From positions 3,540,001 to 3,572,000 of the forward strand of contig NC_014972.1 in NCBI RefSeq assembly GCF_000186885.1: a DNA stretch of 32,000 nt, given 5' to 3'. Source of the stretch: Desulfobulbus propionicus DSM 2032. Its GTDB lineage: Bacteria; Desulfobacterota; Desulfobulbia; Desulfobulbales; Desulfobulbaceae. The notes beneath the pieces were generated by a model that worked only from the letters and a program-made list of their open reading frames with translations, ran no database searches and was not told where the DNA came from. The position numbers were made by a program, and so were the translations under genes. Numbering within the stretch: position 1 is the stretch's first letter; each line of letters starts with the position of its first letter. Shown piece by piece: positions 10,588 through 19,074 of the stretch.

Positions 10588-10829
10588 AAAATGTATAATC
10601 CTTACAACAGCAAACGCGTTCACCTAAACGGTTTGCATTTCTTTTGTCAAGTGCAAAAAAAGGAGCTGTTTTGTTCAGCATGCCTACGCCAACCCGCGCC
10701 CAAGACAGAAAACCGAGCCTGGCCATGGCTTCTCGCCAGGACAAGGTGCAGAGGAACATACCTGGCAATTATTCTGTGACCGGGCTGTGGAACTCCCAAA
10801 CAAACCATATCAGACAAAGGGGAATACGT

Positions 10830-11186
10830 TCAGCGATTGATGGACATGGTGACGGTAACGATTTGCTGGCCCGTGTCGAACAACCCCAGGACAGTCGAGC
10901 AAGAACATTCATTTGATACCTGAACTGCTTTCGACAGCGTGCTGTAACACTGGGCTAATTGGGGCGTGCGTACCCAGTTTTTTTGACCAAGTCCCTCTTC
11001 CAGGGCCTCATCAACCTCGGCTAAATACTCCTCGGACTCCTTTCGATAGACTGCATACCCCAGGAAATTGGTGCCCTCGGGAAAGCCTAGCGTCTTGCGC
11101 AACTCCTCCACAGAGGGTTTCTCCGCACCGGACTTCTTCACGAGGTCTTTTTTCTTCTTCACGCCGGACAACTTCATTTTTCCCAT
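10830..11186 (-). CDS. Hypothetical protein (118 aa), Lys-rich N-terminus
   Basis: This is the only sizeable ORF in the interval. Its composition is protein-like (MGKMKLSGVKKKKDLVKKSGAEKPSVEELRKTLGFPEG...). I recognise no family and see no clear RBS. Confidence 0.5.
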   Translation of the reverse strand: MGKMKLSGVKKKKDLVKKSGAEKPSVEELRKTLGFPEGTNFLGYAVYRKESEEYLAEVDEALEEGLGQKNWVRTPQLAQCYSTLSKAVQVSNECSCSTVLGLFDTGQQIVTVTMSINR

Positions 11187-11339
11187 GCAATACCACGTAC
11201 TGTTTCATTAAAATTTAACGCCCCAATGCTGGAGAACTCTTGCCGTTCCTCACCTGAACTCGATGGCATGACCAGGATTTGCTGATCGTGGAGGCTCCAG
11301 GAAATTCTCTGCGGAAGGGGCACCGGATCACTGCAATAA

Positions 11340-11606
11340 TCAAGCTTTGGCCCTTGGAGTCACTTTCGCATTACCCCTTGGGGATTTTTTTTCAAATGTA
11401 TAAAGGTACAAAGATTCAACCTTATCTCTCGCCCATTGTGTTTTCCGTAAAAACTTCAGCGATGAATTGATGGATGGATCACTCTTGAAACAATTGATCT
11501 TGATTTTCTGGGCGAGGCCTTCCCAGCCGTAATGTTCGACTAATCGGGTGACCGCCATTTCTAGGGTAATACCGTGTAATGGATTGTTTTCTTGCTTGGT
11601 ACTCAT
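11340..11606 (-). CDS. DUF2132 / VF530-family small helical protein (88 aa)
   Basis: The sequence [62 protein letters not shown] matches my memory of the conserved DUF2132 core ([16 protein letters not shown]...I...CF...[21 protein letters not shown]). Confidence 0.7.
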   Translation of the reverse strand: MSTKQENNPLHGITLEMAVTRLVEHYGWEGLAQKIKINCFKSDPSINSSLKFLRKTQWARDKVESLYLYTFEKKSPRGNAKVTPRAKA

Positions 11607-11733
11607 GCTGTGAATTGTATTATCCTTCTAGGGAGGTGTAGAGCGCATAACGGTGAAATAACCTGCCGGCCAAGTTTGCTGCCCACCTATTAAGAACGCG
11701 GCTATTTCCGGTCAGGTTTATTGACTTGATATG

Positions 11734-12117
11734 CTATTTTTCATGCTTTAAAAAAACATCTGTCGTTCTTTTTTTGAATTGATCAGCTATATACTCAGAA
11801 ATTTTCTCCTTTGATTTCAGCTTAGTATACCCTAAGCTGTAGTGACTTATGATTTGTTTAAGTTCATCAACAGTCAATTCATTCAAAAGAGCAATTATTT
11901 CTTCCTTGTTATGGTTTTTCGAGAAAGAAAACAAGTCAGTGTCTTTCATGGCACTTGGCAAACCATGAGGCTTTTCTTTTGCTTGTGGAGGAGCCTCTGC
12001 CTCTACTTCCTTATCCAATATAGACATTAAGATTTCAGGCTTTGATACAATAATTTCACCAAGCGCCTGCAATACTTTTCCAAATATCTTGATGTCGTTC
12101 TTGCTAATATTACTCAT
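11734..12117 (-). CDS. Small protein coupled to the ParA-like ATPase (127 aa); C-terminal HeH/SAP-like motif
   Basis: The ATG at 12115-12117 lies 1 nt after the ParA-like stop (12119-12121). The AGGAGA RBS sits inside the end of the upstream gene. The domain order is an N-terminal helix, an acidic/Pro linker (EAEAPPQAKEKPHG), then LLNELTVDELKQIISHYSLGY, which resembles Rho-N/SAP helix-extended-helix DNA-binding motifs. AT-rich codon usage matches the ParA-like gene. Confidence 0.65.
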   Translation of the reverse strand: MSNISKNDIKIFGKVLQALGEIIVSKPEILMSILDKEVEAEAPPQAKEKPHGLPSAMKDTDLFSFSKNHNKEEIIALLNELTVDELKQIISHYSLGYTKLKSKEKISEYIADQFKKRTTDVFLKHEK

Positions 12118-12118
12118 C

Positions 12119-12967
12119 TCATTCTCCTAACCTTTTAAGAAGCTCGTTTGTAATATTTGTGATTAATTGCTGTGTCTGCCGCCAATCACTTTTCCCTTTT
12201 GCAGTTTGGGAAGTTAAAAATGGCCTAGAGTCTATTGGTGCTTCGGCGACAGAAATTCGCTGAGGAAATTCAGAATCGAAAATATATTCGCTTAGTTCTC
12301 CTGCTCTCAACTCAGTCATTGTTGAACTATGTAAATTTGTACGATAATCGATTTTGGTAAAAATTATTCCACCAAGTTCAATCTCGCATGTTTTTTTCTT
12401 TTTTCTGAAATTTTCTATACGGTTAAGGATTAAGCTTATCCCTATTTTTGAAAGTATATCTGGTACAGTAGGAACAATGTAGTAATCACTTATAGTAATA
12501 CCATTAAGAGTGATAGCACCTAAATTTGGAGGACAATCAATTATTATATAATCGTAATTTGATTTGATGTCTGAAATAGCATTACCAACGACATCGACAT
12601 GACTAACATATGCTTTATTATCCATGTCTGGAATTGCGTCTTGTATTTCTACCAAATAAAGGCTTGAAGGCAACAAATCGAGACCTTCAATGCTGCCAAC
12701 ATTTGTTAATAATGCCTTATTAATGTTAAACCTATCCGTCCCATTTAGCATGTCGTCAAACAAGTGATAAAGAGTTTGGCATTTGTTATGCCGATCTTGC
12801 CATTCTTCTTGGTCAATAACCGAAATAGTTGCGTTTGTTTGCGGGTCTAGATCAATCAGCAGAACTCTATATTCCTTAATCTTAGCAAGAGTTGCGGCAA
12901 TATTTACAGCGGTAGTCGTTTTCCCGACACCACCTTTAAGATTAATAAAACTTACTATTTTCGCCAT
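12119..12967 (-). CDS. ParA/Soj/MinD-family deviant Walker-A ATPase (282 aa)
   Basis: Motifs: KIVSFINLKGGVGKTTTAVNIA (KGGxGKT deviant Walker A with the signature Lys), LLIDLDPQTNAT, and YIIIDCPP (Walker B). AGGAGA lies upstream of ATG 12965-12967. The gene is markedly AT-rich. Confidence 0.9.
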   Translation of the reverse strand: MAKIVSFINLKGGVGKTTTAVNIAATLAKIKEYRVLLIDLDPQTNATISVIDQEEWQDRHNKCQTLYHLFDDMLNGTDRFNINKALLTNVGSIEGLDLLPSSLYLVEIQDAIPDMDNKAYVSHVDVVGNAISDIKSNYDYIIIDCPPNLGAITLNGITISDYYIVPTVPDILSKIGISLILNRIENFRKKKKTCEIELGGIIFTKIDYRTNLHSSTMTELRAGELSEYIFDSEFPQRISVAEAPIDSRPFLTSQTAKGKSDWRQTQQLITNITNELLKRLGE

Positions 12968-13580
12968 AATTGTCTCCTGTGTTTAATTCAAGCATAACAA
13001 GTACGGGTAGGTTGGGGTGAGGAACGAACCCCAACAGAGTCAGCCCACAACACGATATCACTAACAGGACCGCAAGGAACAGCCCTGCCCCAACCGATTA
13101 AACCTCTAATTTTCGGCAAGAGAGCCAACACTACCCAGAATCAACAAGGAGAGCGAGGAGAAACAACACTCAGTCGAAGCAGCAAAAAAACCACCGCAAC
13201 CGTCCGAGCCCGTGAGTCGTGAAGATGCTGGCTCCGCAATTCTCGGCACCAACCATTTTTTCCCTAATATTCGCCAGGTTATTTTCGGTTGACACGGTAT
13301 TCCCTGATGGATACGTTGCCATGCAAGACGGCCGGCAAAGCAGCAAGCCGTTGAAAAAATACTATGATGACCGCCAAAACTCTGCTTGAAGAGGGAGATC
13401 TCTCCCTTGTGGTCGAGATGACACCCAGGTGGCCCGGTATCCCTCGGAACGACCGGCAATGACACAACGAAATTGCGCCGAAGACACTCTCTCCAAGGAT
13501 TGACAACCATCACGCTCCCCTGTGAAGGGAGCCATTACCCAAACTGCAAACGCATTCTGCAAACACAAGAGGACTTGCCC

Positions 13581-14402
13581 ATGAAACGCGCCATCTGCAT
13601 CCATCCCCCCCTTGCAACCATCAGAAAGTGGTTGGGGACGCTCTTGCTTGTTGCCGTATTTGCCGTCTCCAGTTGTGCGGCTGAGCAGCAGGGACCGTTG
13701 AAAGTTGGGATGGAGTTGGCCTACCCCCCGTTTGAGATGACCAACACCACCGGCAAACCAGCCGGGGTCAGTGTTGATCTGGCCAAGGCGCTTGGCATCA
13801 GTCTGGGCAGGGAGATCAAGATAGAGAACATGAGTTTTGACGGCCTCATCCCTGCGCTTAAGACCGGCAAGATCGACATCATCCTTTCCTCGATGACCGC
13901 CACCGCAGAGCGGGCACAGTCCATCGACTTTTCCGAGCCGTATCTGCAAACCGGGCTCTGTTTGCTGGTGCGCAAAGATTCTGCGGTGCAAACCATTGCG
14001 GATCTTGACCAGGACGGCATGACGGTTGCCGTGAAGAAAGGCACCACCGGGCACAACTATGCCAGCAAGGCATTGAAAAAAGCCAAGCTACTGGTCCTTG
14101 ACAAGGAGGCAGCGGCGGTGCTTGAGGTTGTCCAGGGCAAGGCCGATGCCTTTATTTACGATCAGATGTCCACCTACAGCAACTGGAAGCGCAACCCGCA
14201 GACCACCCGCGCCCTCCTCAAACCCTTTCAGCAGGAATCATGGGCCATTGGCATCCGCAAAGATAACACCGCCCTCAAGGAGGAGATCAATCGTTTCCTC
14301 AAGGACTATCGGGCCAAGGGCGGCTTTGACAAGCTCGGCGACACCTGGCTGCTGGAGCAGAAACAGGAATTCAAGCGGCTTGGCTATCCGTTTTTCCTGT
14401 AA
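13581..14402 (+). CDS. Polar amino-acid ABC transporter substrate-binding lipoprotein (273 aa)
   Basis: From the internal ATG 13581 (AAGAGGA RBS at 13567-13573) the protein has a signal peptide with a lipobox-like AVSSC. The body is family-3 SBP-like (LKVGMELAYPPFEM, GVSVDLAKALG, GKIDIILSSMT, ERAQSIDFSEPY). The upstream 36 codons of the ORF lack support. Confidence 0.9.
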   Translation: MKRAICIHPPLATIRKWLGTLLLVAVFAVSSCAAEQQGPLKVGMELAYPPFEMTNTTGKPAGVSVDLAKALGISLGREIKIENMSFDGLIPALKTGKIDIILSSMTATAERAQSIDFSEPYLQTGLCLLVRKDSAVQTIADLDQDGMTVAVKKGTTGHNYASKALKKAKLLVLDKEAAAVLEVVQGKADAFIYDQMSTYSNWKRNPQTTRALLKPFQQESWAIGIRKDNTALKEEINRFLKDYRAKGGFDKLGDTWLLEQKQEFKRLGYPFFL

Positions 14403-14417
14403 TCGCCAGGCCAAAGC

Positions 14418-15206
14418 ATGGGCAGATTGACCCTCTGGTGGCGGATGGAGGACAACGAGGCGCCGTCGCTGCTCTCGCGGCTCCTGGCCTTTGCCCTGGT
14501 CCTCCTCCTGCTCTCGGCACTGTTCTTTTTTTCCTTCAGCCAGTTGCAGTATGGGTGGAACTGGACTGCGGTCTGGCAGTATCGGCAGAAATTTCTGCAC
14601 GGCTGGATGACCACCCTACTGATTTCCGTCGCGGCGCTTGGCCTCAGCCTGCTGATTAGTGTCTTTTTCGCCCTCGCCCGCCGCTCCCGCCTGTTGCCGC
14701 TGCGCTATCTGGCCATGCTCTATATCGAAGGAGTGCGCGGCACCCCGCTTCTGGTGCAGATTCTGGTCTTTTTTTACGTGGTGGCGGATGCCTTTGGCAT
14801 CAATAATCGCTATGTTGTCGGCATTCTCACCCTGGCCTTCTTTGCCGGGGCCTATCTGAGCGAGATTATTCGGGCGGGCATCGAGAGTATCGGTGAATCG
14901 CAAATAGAATCCGCACGCGCCATTGGCCTGAGCCCCTTGCAGACCTACCGTTTTGTCATCCTCCCACAGGTGGTGCGGCGGATTTTGCCGCCCCTAGCCG
15001 GTCAATTCGCCTCGCTGGTCAAAGACTCCTCGCTGCTTTCGATCATTGCCGTCAGTGAATTCACCCTCAACGCCCAGGAGGTCAACGCCTTTACCTATAG
15101 CACGCTGGAAAGCTATCTGCCGCTGGCCGTTGGCTATTTGGTGTTGACCCTCCCCATTTCCCTGTTCAGCCGCCACCTGGAACAGAAATTTCGCTATGCA
15201 ACTTAG
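14418..15206 (+). CDS. Polar amino-acid ABC transporter permease (262 aa)
   Basis: Multiple TM segments are present. An EAA-type loop is visible ([30 protein letters not shown]), along with YIEGVRGTPLLVQI, which is typical of the His/Glu/Gln/Arg permease family. Confidence 0.9.
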   Translation: MGRLTLWWRMEDNEAPSLLSRLLAFALVLLLLSALFFFSFSQLQYGWNWTAVWQYRQKFLHGWMTTLLISVAALGLSLLISVFFALARRSRLLPLRYLAMLYIEGVRGTPLLVQILVFFYVVADAFGINNRYVVGILTLAFFAGAYLSEIIRAGIESIGESQIESARAIGLSPLQTYRFVILPQVVRRILPPLAGQFASLVKDSSLLSIIAVSEFTLNAQEVNAFTYSTLESYLPLAVGYLVLTLPISLFSRHLEQKFRYAT

Positions 15207-15930
15207 CCTGACGCATCTCAGTAAATCCTATAATGGCCACCGGGTGTTGGACGATATTTCCATTGAACTGCCGGATGTGCATGCCCTGGTCATCATTGGC
15301 CCCTCGGGAGGTGGCAAGACAACCCTGCTGCGCACGATTGCCGGCCTGGAGCGACCTGATTGCGGACAAATATGCATCAACGGCCAACCGCTGCTCTTTG
15401 ATGCGGCAAGCCTACTCCTCCATCGTCGCAGCATCGGCACGGTCTTTCAGGCCTTCAACCTCTTTCCGCACCTGAGTGCGCTTGACAATATCATGCTGCC
15501 GCTTGAGCAGGCGCAGGGATATACGCACGAGCAGGCCCTGGCAACGGCCCAGGCCATGCTGCACCGGTTTCAACTGACAGCCCATGCCGACAAGAAACCG
15601 GCCCAGTTATCCGGCGGCCAGCAACAGCGGGTGGCCATTGCCCGCGCCATCGCCATCAAACCACGGTTTCTGCTCTTCGACGAACCGACCTCGGCCCTTG
15701 ACCCGGAGATAACCTCAGAGGTGCTTGATATTATCAAGGAATTGCAAGAGGAGGGGCGCGATTTGCTGCTGATCACCCATCACATGGGATTTGCCCGCAC
15801 CGCAGCGGACCATTGTCTCTTTGTTGCAGAGGGAAAAATCAGGGAAAGCGGCAGTGTCGAGCGCCTCTTTGACCACCCGCAAAGCGAACAACTGCAGCAG
15901 TTTTTGGGAAGGGTCACCCGCTATAATTAA
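15196..15930 (+). CDS. Polar amino-acid ABC transporter ATP-binding protein (244 aa)
   Basis: Motifs: Walker A GPSGGGKTT, ABC signature LSGGQQQRVAIARA, Walker B LLFDEPTSALD, and the H-loop ITHHMGFA. The gene overlaps the permease end by 11 nt. Confidence 0.9.
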   Translation: MQLSLTHLSKSYNGHRVLDDISIELPDVHALVIIGPSGGGKTTLLRTIAGLERPDCGQICINGQPLLFDAASLLLHRRSIGTVFQAFNLFPHLSALDNIMLPLEQAQGYTHEQALATAQAMLHRFQLTAHADKKPAQLSGGQQQRVAIARAIAIKPRFLLFDEPTSALDPEITSEVLDIIKELQEEGRDLLLITHHMGFARTAADHCLFVAEGKIRESGSVERLFDHPQSEQLQQFLGRVTRYN

Positions 15931-16032
15931 TACCCGGTGGAAAACCACATCCTTTGACCAAGGCGGTGCCCGCAGAGCTGCAAGGTTGATCATTTTTGGG
16001 TGTGGCGTAACAAGCTACGAGCCCTACCAGGA

Positions 16033-16659
16033 TCAGTGCATAACACCATCGATCACTGCCCGGACCGCAAAGAACATCCCCGCCCCCAACGACAGCACCC
16101 GTCCCAACCGCTTCAGCCTCTGGTTTTCGACAAGATAGCCCCCAAACCCCAGGGGCAGCAGGTAGAGCGAGGTGCCCAGGAAAAAGGCAAGGAAGAACAG
16201 AGCCGCCGCCAACGGGCCAATGCCCTGGCCCCAGACCCAGGTGAGGGCGAGAAGAAACGGCGGGCAGAGGGAAAAGCCGGTCAGCGCGCCCAAGAGCAGC
16301 GGCGAGGCAACGCCACCCATGACCGAGCAGCCGAAGCGGCAGGAGAACCGCCGCAACAGTCCGAGCCCGTGGGCCATGAGCAACAGCGCCAGCAGCAGGC
16401 TCATCCAGGGGGCGAGCAAGCCACTGACCGCTTGCAGGGAATGACCGCTCAGCCCGGCAAGCATGCCAACCAGGGTGTAGGCACTCAGGCGGCCGCAGAG
16501 GAAGCGGCCCAGCAGCGGCCAGGCAAAGCGTCTTGCAACAGGCGATGGCGCAGTGGTGAGCATTACCGGCACCAGGGCCGGGACGCAGGCGACCAGACAG
16601 GCCGGACCGTTAGTCAGACCCAGCAGCAGCCCGGTTCCGGTTATTTCCAGGCCGGTCAT
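16033..16659 (-). CDS. Integral membrane protein (~208 aa, about 6 TM), Cys-containing; DsbD_2/TauE-like guess
   Basis: The protein is hydrophobic throughout. Membrane-embedded Cys motifs are present (GPACLVACVPALVP, GFSLCPPF). The start is taken at MTGLEITG (ATG 16657-16659), 4 nt after the activase stop. The family call is weak. Confidence 0.6.
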   Translation of the reverse strand: MTGLEITGTGLLLGLTNGPACLVACVPALVPVMLTTAPSPVARRFAWPLLGRFLCGRLSAYTLVGMLAGLSGHSLQAVSGLLAPWMSLLLALLLMAHGLGLLRRFSCRFGCSVMGGVASPLLLGALTGFSLCPPFLLALTWVWGQGIGPLAAALFFLAFFLGTSLYLLPLGFGGYLVENQRLKRLGRVLSLGAGMFFAVRAVIDGVMH

Positions 16660-16663
16660 CGGT

Positions 16664-17449
16664 TCAGGCCTGGGTCCCGGCGATGCGGGCCGCACCGATG
16701 GCACCGTTGAGCTGCGGGTGCAGCGGCAGATGGATATCAATCATCAATTCGTCTTCCAAGGCCTGAACAATACCGGGGTTGAGACCGCCACCACCGGTGA
16801 GCAGCACCCCCGGTTCAAAACGGGCCTTGCGTGCCATTGCACCGATGCGTTTGGCCAGGGCCTCGTGGATGCCGGCGACGATATCCCTGGCCGGCTTTTT
16901 ACGGGCCACCAGCGAGATCACCTCGGATTCGGCAAAAACCACGCAGGTGGAGTTGATGGTTGCCGGGGCAATGGATTGCAGGGACAAAGGGCCGAGATCG
17001 CTGACCTTCAGCTCCAGCACCCGGGCCAGGGATTCGAGAAAACGGCCGGTGCCGGCAGCGCACTTGTCGTTCATGACAAAGTTCTGGGTGTCGCCGTCCT
17101 CGCCTAGGACAATCACCTTACTGTCCTGGCCACCGATATCAATGACGGTGCGGATGTTGGCCTGCGGTGGTGCGGTCAGCAGTGCTCCGGCGGCATGGGC
17201 GCGAACCTCGGTGATGGTATCGTGGGCCACATCGATGATACGGCGGCTGTAACCGGTGGCCATGATCGAGCGGATGGTCTCGGTTGAACCACCGAGATCG
17301 TTCATGATCGTCTCCAGCAAGCGGCGCGAGGTGCCGGCGGCATCAATACCGGTGGGCCGGTGCTGGAAACCGGCCAGTTCCCCCTCTTCGGTGAGGACCG
17401 CCACCTTGACATAGGTGGATCCGGCGTCAATGCCGGCAAAATATTCCAT
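16664..17449 (-). CDS. HgdC/BcrAD_BadFG-type ATPase 'activase' for HGD-D-family enzymes (261 aa)
   Basis: Motifs: MEYFAGIDAGSTYVKVAVL (ASKHA phosphate-1), IDIGGQDSKVI, NDKCAAGTGRFLE (cluster-bridging Cys region), STCVVFAESEVISL, and LTGGGGLNPG. AAGGAG lies upstream of ATG 17447-17449. The 153-codon N-terminal extension in the ORF track is low-complexity and crosses an inverted repeat. Confidence 0.9.
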   Translation of the reverse strand: MEYFAGIDAGSTYVKVAVLTEEGELAGFQHRPTGIDAAGTSRRLLETIMNDLGGSTETIRSIMATGYSRRIIDVAHDTITEVRAHAAGALLTAPPQANIRTVIDIGGQDSKVIVLGEDGDTQNFVMNDKCAAGTGRFLESLARVLELKVSDLGPLSLQSIAPATINSTCVVFAESEVISLVARKKPARDIVAGIHEALAKRIGAMARKARFEPGVLLTGGGGLNPGIVQALEDELMIDIHLPLHPQLNGAIGAARIAGTQA

Positions 17450-17550
17450 GGCTGTTCTCCTTGGGTTGATGGGGTTTGAATGGGCTGGAGGTTGATTGTT
17501 GGGATCAGGCCTCGAAGCACCTCTTTCATATAAAGCGGGTTTGTTTTTTT

Positions 17551-17685
17551 CTCCCGCAGAGGCGCAGGGGCGCGGAGAAGATAAGGACGTCTGTTTGCTG
17601 CGCCTCAGTGCTCGACTGAACACTTGCAGTACAAACACTCCCTTTTCTCTGTGCCCCCCTCTGCGCCTCAGCGCCTCTGCGGGAG
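17551..17685. repeat. Perfect 15-bp inverted repeat enclosing ~105 nt, with internal GAGGCGC/GCGCCTC repeats
   Basis: CTCCCGCAGAGGCGC (17551-17565) pairs with GCGCCTCTGCGGGAG (17671-17685). CTGCGCCTCAG occurs at 17599-17609 and 17661-17671. The element sits in the only large gap (335 nt) of the 16-27.5 kb gene chain. Confidence 0.6.
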
Positions 17686-17784
17686 TCCCTTGCACAGTCA
17701 ACCACTGGGGTGTCTTCTCGAATAACGGGGGCTCTTGCTGCAATGCACCAAAGGAGGAGATCCTCTCTGCCTTCGGGATGGCAC

Positions 17785-19074
17785 CTATCGCCGTTTGCGC
17801 TGTACCAGCATCTCCACAAAGGCCTCGATGCGGGTGCGTAACTGTTCCACATCCTCGGGACTGTAGTCGGTTTCGATACGCACCATTGCCACCCCCGACT
17901 CCTTGCACACCGCCTCCACCCGTCCCACCTCGAAATCATAGACCACGCAGCCCTTGAGCACGTGGTAGACCACTCCATCGACCCGGTGGGAGGCAATCAT
18001 CCGCCGCAGGGTGACCAGCCGATCCTCGTTGGGGGCAAAACTCGGACAGATGCAGGGCATGAGCGTGCGTGCGGCCAGGGCGATAAGCTGCGCGCGCAGA
18101 TTGCGTTCCGGATGGCCCACCGGGTCGTAGAGCGCCCGTTCGCCGACGCAGGATTCGTCGGCCACCAGGATGGCCCCCAACTCCTCGATAAGGGTGGGCA
18201 GCTTGAGGTTGGGAAAGATGACCGGACTACCGGCAATGAAAATGCGCGGGGCACGGGCCGGGCACACCGCAATCTGCCGCTGCTCCAACTCGTCGTTGAG
18301 CGTGCGCATGGCCCTGGTCCAGGCTTCCACCTCCATGAAGGAGAAGGCATTGGCCGCCACCATCGCCTGCCGCCCCCAGAGCGGGCTGGTCTCCGCGCTA
18401 CGCAGGGCCTGCAAGCGCCGCATCTGGCTCTGGGCCGCTGCCTGCACCTGGATGGCCTGATCCAGGGTCTGAGCAGTGATGCGCACCCGCCTCCCCTGCT
18501 CCCGGCTCATATGCTGCTCCAATCGCTCCTTGAGGGCCATGACTTGCAGCAGCCAGGCCTGCTGGGAGATTTCCGAGTCCTTGAGATGGGGCACCTCCAG
18601 CATCCACACCTCGCGGAAGCGCGACAGCTCCTCGGCAAACTTGCGTTTGGCATCGCAGGTGGTGGGCACGATCACCACATCGCAGAGATCGTAGACGGCC
18701 AGACCTGGCTGGGCGGTCAAACCGAGTGAAGACTTGGCCAGGGGGCAGCCGTCACGGGGCACATGCTCCTCACCCGCCGCGCAGGAGGACGAGCAACCGC
18801 CGCAGAGCCGCAGGGGGATGGCACCAACGGCGTAGATCAGCTCCTCCGGCACCAAAATACAGTAAATGCCGATCACCGACCGGGTTGCACCGTCACGCAA
18901 GAGCAACGATCTGGGATCGTTGGCAACAAAGACCTGTTCCAGGGCCTCGATAAAGGGGGCAAGCGCGGCGGGGCCATCGGTCAGATCGCGGAGCATGGCC
19001 AACTGCCGGCCGGCCTCGCGGCTGATCTGCCGCAGCCAGCGGCCCGCTGCCTGGGGTTGGAGCGGTTTATTCAT
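17785..19074 (-). CDS. Single-subunit 2-hydroxyacyl-CoA dehydratase/benzoyl-CoA reductase (HGD-D) family protein, double-cubane-cluster-reductase-like (429 aa)
   Basis: Family-like blocks are present: VIGIYCILVPEELIYAVGAIPLRLCGG, VIVPTTCDAKRK, RIFIAGSPVIFPNLKLPTLIEELGAILVADESCVGER, and VDGVVYHVLKGCVVYDFE. A single polypeptide is paired with an activase downstream. The start is taken at MNKPLQ (ATG 19072-19074), overlapping the upstream stop by 8 nt (ATGAATAA). Confidence 0.8.
   Translation of the reverse strand: MNKPLQPQAAGRWLRQISREAGRQLAMLRDLTDGPAALAPFIEALEQVFVANDPRSLLLRDGATRSVIGIYCILVPEELIYAVGAIPLRLCGGCSSSCAAGEEHVPRDGCPLAKSSLGLTAQPGLAVYDLCDVVIVPTTCDAKRKFAEELSRFREVWMLEVPHLKDSEISQQAWLLQVMALKERLEQHMSREQGRRVRITAQTLDQAIQVQAAAQSQMRRLQALRSAETSPLWGRQAMVAANAFSFMEVEAWTRAMRTLNDELEQRQIAVCPARAPRIFIAGSPVIFPNLKLPTLIEELGAILVADESCVGERALYDPVGHPERNLRAQLIALAARTLMPCICPSFAPNEDRLVTLRRMIASHRVDGVVYHVLKGCVVYDFEVGRVEAVCKESGVAMVRIETDYSPEDVEQLRTRIEAFVEMLVQRKRR

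Noticed and set aside
10463-10768. 101-aa minus-strand ORF and small plus-strand ORFs over the distal riboswitch
   Set aside because: The sequence is better explained by a complete cobalamin aptamer. The ORF is Arg/Cys-rich, has no RBS, and starts inside the leader or promoter region.
13544-13564. Direct repeat CTGCAAAC-N5-CTGCAAAC just upstream of the binding-protein start codon
   Set aside because: An 8-nt unit repeated twice is weak evidence and matches no known operator I can name. It is noted only as a possible regulator site.
13106-14054. Minus-strand ORFs (135 aa, 230 aa) in the ABC-transporter leader and antisense to the binding-protein gene
   Set aside because: Neither has a motif or an RBS. 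One is antisense to a well-supported SBP gene. The 12968-13580 interval is treated as non-coding, although I could not assign it a function.
17450-17908. 414-aa version of the activase ORF
   Set aside because: The extra 153 codons are low-complexity, cross the inverted-repeat element and overlap the HGD-D gene end. The homologous ASKHA domain starts at MEYFAGIDAGS, which has an AAGGAG RBS.
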